From NCBI GenBank assembly GCA_963769605.1, contig CAVYML010000003.1:490562-554561 (forward strand): 64,000 nt of DNA. Reading direction: 5' to 3'. The notes below the pieces were generated by a model. It searched no databases, had not been told where the DNA came from, and saw only the letters and a list, made by a program, of their open reading frames with translations. Made by a program: the position numbers and the translations under genes. The DNA comes from Ignavibacteriota bacterium (lineage in GTDB: Bacteria > Bacteroidota > Ignavibacteria > UBA10030). Below are positions 62,701 through 64,000 of this stretch, in pieces. Each line of letters starts with the position of its first letter. Positions within the stretch are counted from its first letter, which is position 1.

Positions 62701-63057
62701 CATCTTGTCTGGGAAAATCTTCTGAGTAATGCTGTTAAGTTCACATGTAAAAGAAAAAAAGCCAGCATCGAGATTGGAGTTCATGAAGAGGACAAGGAGT
62801 TTGTATTTTTTGTGCGCGACAATGGGGTTGGGTTTGACATGCGGTACGCTCAGAAACTTTTCGGCGTCTTTCAACGGCTCCACTCCGCGTCCGAATTTGA
62901 AGGAACCGGCGTAGGACTGGCAAATGTTCGGCGCATCATTATGCGTCATGGCGGACGCACATGGGCAGAAGCCGAACTGGAAGATGTGCCTGCCGGCAAG
63001 GCAGGAGGAGCAACATTCTATTTCACATTACCCAGACATAATAAGGAGAAACCATGA
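59719..63057 (+). CDS. Sensor histidine kinase HK4 with a periplasmic (Cache-like) sensor domain, PAS domains, HisKA and HATPase.
   Basis: 1112 aa. TM near the N-terminus, a periplasmic region of about 280 aa, then a second TM. H-box SVSHDLRAPLRHVNGF. G-boxes. Confidence 0.9.
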   Translation: MKNPGKKNSWTGYTLLLIFILLSVCILIGGYIGYVNYRQNYRTAVEKQLSAVAELKVDQLEDWRNERWGDGLFFYRNDEFSALVKRFIGNRNDRGAKTGILTWVGQVQSANRYDLMMLLDAQLNTILVFPEKKERVRLVIDQKNIEILLSGNMAFQDFYRNDKDHRIYLKVLIPIIDSHSSNRLAAVLALRISPEDNIFPIIKKWPTPSRTSETLIIRREGNEALFLNDLKFHSDAALNLRIPLVNKDVPAVKAALGQTGIVEGLDYRGIPVIADVRAVRNSPWFIIAKMDMEEMNAPLRERLWMMVILIGALLGSVGACVGLVWRRQIGRFHREQYKAAETLRNSEERYRRLFEAARDGILILDAETGMITDVNPFLIEMLGYSHEVFLGKKIWELGLFKDIIANREKFLELQLKEYIYYESLPLETINGQTINVEFVSFVYRVNQCKVIQCNIRDITERKRVEEAVLASEARYRSYIEATGQIGWVTNANGEVEEDVPSLRKFSGQTYEEAKGSGWAKAIHPDDLERTLQVWNNAVATKSFYEIEYRMRRHDGVYPYLLTRGFPIFREDGSIREWVGTCIDITERKRAAQELQERDARYKTLVENIPQKILMKDRNYMWVSINENLARDFGRRPEEVVGKMDVDLFTPELAAKYHSDDVRIMESGKTEELEEKYMVAGKETWVNTIKTPVRDKNGDIAGLLGIFWDITERKRAEEEIKRLNDGLEESVKQRTIQLHDALELNRKIINTSSLGIFACREDGPCIIANPAVARISGASVDQMLKINFRELDSWKKNGLFSKVEIALQTQEEQMEEIHLTTAFNRDAWINYYITTFRSEGKLHFLMTVENITKRKLAEQEREVLVQQIQQRSSLLEAANKELEAFSYSVSHDLRAPLRHVNGFVELLGKQFQAEMSEKGRHYLDTITDSVHQMGVLIDDLLNFSRSGRVDMRESTFEMNQIVKEVSEQIRQDNSQRVIEWSIAQLPSVHCDNAMLHLVWENLLSNAVKFTCKRKKASIEIGVHEEDKEFVFFVRDNGVGFDMRYAQKLFGVFQRLHSASEFEGTGVGLANVRRIIMRHGGRTWAEAELEDVPAGKAGGATFYFTLPRHNKEKP

Positions 63058-63518
63058 GAGATTTAAGAACAATTCTGTTGGCGGAGGACAATCCGAAGGA
63101 TATCGAATTGACTCTTGAAGCTTTATATGAACATAACCTTGCAAATCAGGTTATTGTAGTGAAGGACGGCGTGGAAGCATTAGAATTTCTCCGTTGCGAA
63201 GGAAATTACAAGATGCGTCGAAAGGGAATGCCGGTCGTGCTCCTGCTGGATCTCAAAATGCCCCGCATGGATGGCCTGGAAACATTGCAAGCCATTCGAA
63301 GCGATGCCGCGCTGAAAATGCTCCCTATCGTTATGCTTACATCTTCTCGCGAGGAACAGGATCTGATAAAAAGTTACGAATTTGGAGTTAATGCCTATGT
63401 TGTCAAGCCTGTTGATTTCAAAGAATTTGTAAATGCGGTAAAGCAAGTCGGTATCTTTTGGGCGATGATTAATGAAATACCACCTATAGGGGGCTCTTCC
63501 AATGGAGAAAAAAGCTGA
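63054..63518 (+). CDS. Single-domain CheY-like response regulator.
   Basis: ILLAEDNPKD...LLLDLKMPRMDG...KP. Start overlaps the HK4 stop (ATGA). Confidence 0.85.
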   Translation: MRDLRTILLAEDNPKDIELTLEALYEHNLANQVIVVKDGVEALEFLRCEGNYKMRRKGMPVVLLLDLKMPRMDGLETLQAIRSDAALKMLPIVMLTSSREEQDLIKSYEFGVNAYVVKPVDFKEFVNAVKQVGIFWAMINEIPPIGGSSNGEKS

Positions 63519-64000
63519 TAGAAACGACAAATTAAAAGTACTCTGTCTTGAGGATTCGCCGCAAGACGTTGAACTCATGCGAGAGTTGTTGACCGAAGCG
63601 GGATTTGAACTGGACATGGACTGTACTATGGTGGAAGAGGAATTTGTCTCGTTTCTTCGCCGCAGTATCTACGATATCATTCTTGCGGATTTTAAATTGC
63701 CCGGCTTTGATGCCTTCGGTGCGCTGCGGCATGCTGCGGAAATTTGCCCCGAAGTTCCGTTCATCTGTGTCTCCGGAACGATTGGAGAGGAATCGGCTGT
63801 AAAGCTTTTAAGACAGGGAGCGGTTGATTATGTATTAAAAGACAGAATGACAAGACTTCCTGCTGCCATCAAGCGCGCGCTTATTGAAGCAAAAGAAAAA
63901 TTACTGCACAAACAGGCGGAGGAAGCGCTCAATTTAGAATATTCCCGCCACAAGCGATTCGTTGATTCAAATATCGTCGGTGTTGTTATCGCTGCTGCAA
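63502..64000 (+). CDS. 5' part of another REC-PAS sensor protein. It runs off the window edge.
   Basis: ATG 63502. Its REC and first PAS segments resemble the N-terminus of HK3 (...LPGFDAF...PFICVSG...LEYSRHKRF...). Confidence 0.8.
   Translation, partial: MEKKADRNDKLKVLCLEDSPQDVELMRELLTEAGFELDMDCTMVEEEFVSFLRRSIYDIILADFKLPGFDAFGALRHAAEICPEVPFICVSGTIGEESAVKLLRQGAVDYVLKDRMTRLPAAIKRALIEAKEKLLHKQAEEALNLEYSRHKRFVDSNIVGVVIAAA

Noticed and set aside
1-64000. CRISPR arrays, transposases/IS elements, integrases, prophage genes, rRNA.
   Set aside because: No direct-repeat/spacer arrays and no transposase- or integrase-like ORFs were seen. The tRNA-containing AT-rich gap has no flanking att-like direct repeats that I could identify.

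Overview
This is a bacterial chromosomal segment with mid-range GC content. Its gene content (SprA and PorX-like T9SS genes, a Por_Secre_tail substrate, LptF/LptG permeases, a TonB-dependent receptor, an NtrC-type sigma-54 activator) points to a Gram-negative of the Bacteroidota/Ignavibacteriota-Chlorobi type; that placement is an inference.

Left part (1-17.7 kb): a partial rluE-like pseudouridine synthase and clpC. Two small unknown secreted or membrane proteins. Two LptF/LptG permeases. A GAF-PAS-HisKA_2 kinase followed by a 1175-aa REC-multiPAS-GAF protein. pdxH broken by a frameshift in a T8 run. A 1072-aa hybrid kinase followed by a free-standing HPt protein.

Middle (18-41 kb):
- A roughly 2300-codon SprA-like T9SS translocon gene, read through two compensating frameshifts, followed by a PorX-like REC-PglZ regulator.
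- Housekeeping genes: tsaE, tsaB, accD, panC, a sugar nucleotidyltransferase and a GT-C-like membrane protein.
- An SGNH hydrolase, a disrupted small outer-membrane beta-barrel ORF, and a TonB receptor next to a CxxC metal-binding protein and a Cys-rich membrane protein.
- An AT-rich gap carrying tRNA-Thr(CGT), tRNA-Ser(TGA) and a GC-rich element that may be structured.
- A small His/Trp-repeat secreted protein, a VanZ-like protein and a T9SS C-terminal-domain substrate.

Right part (41.7-64 kb):
- An unusual signalling cluster with no kinase ATPase (CA) domain: a membrane protein with only a kinase dimerisation/phosphotransfer (DHp) domain; a receiver ORF separated from an upstream ORF by one in-frame TGA; a REC protein with a DHp-like tail in which the phospho-His is Asp; an NtrC-like sigma-54 activator; and a REC protein with a C-terminal 4-Cys domain.
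- Five very large PAS-rich sensor kinases follow. Two of them (HK1, HK2) are a tandem duplicate with roughly 300-nt duplicated leaders. Candidate sigma-54 promoters and conserved intergenic elements lie upstream of several of these genes.

No CRISPR array, transposase, integrase or rRNA was seen.
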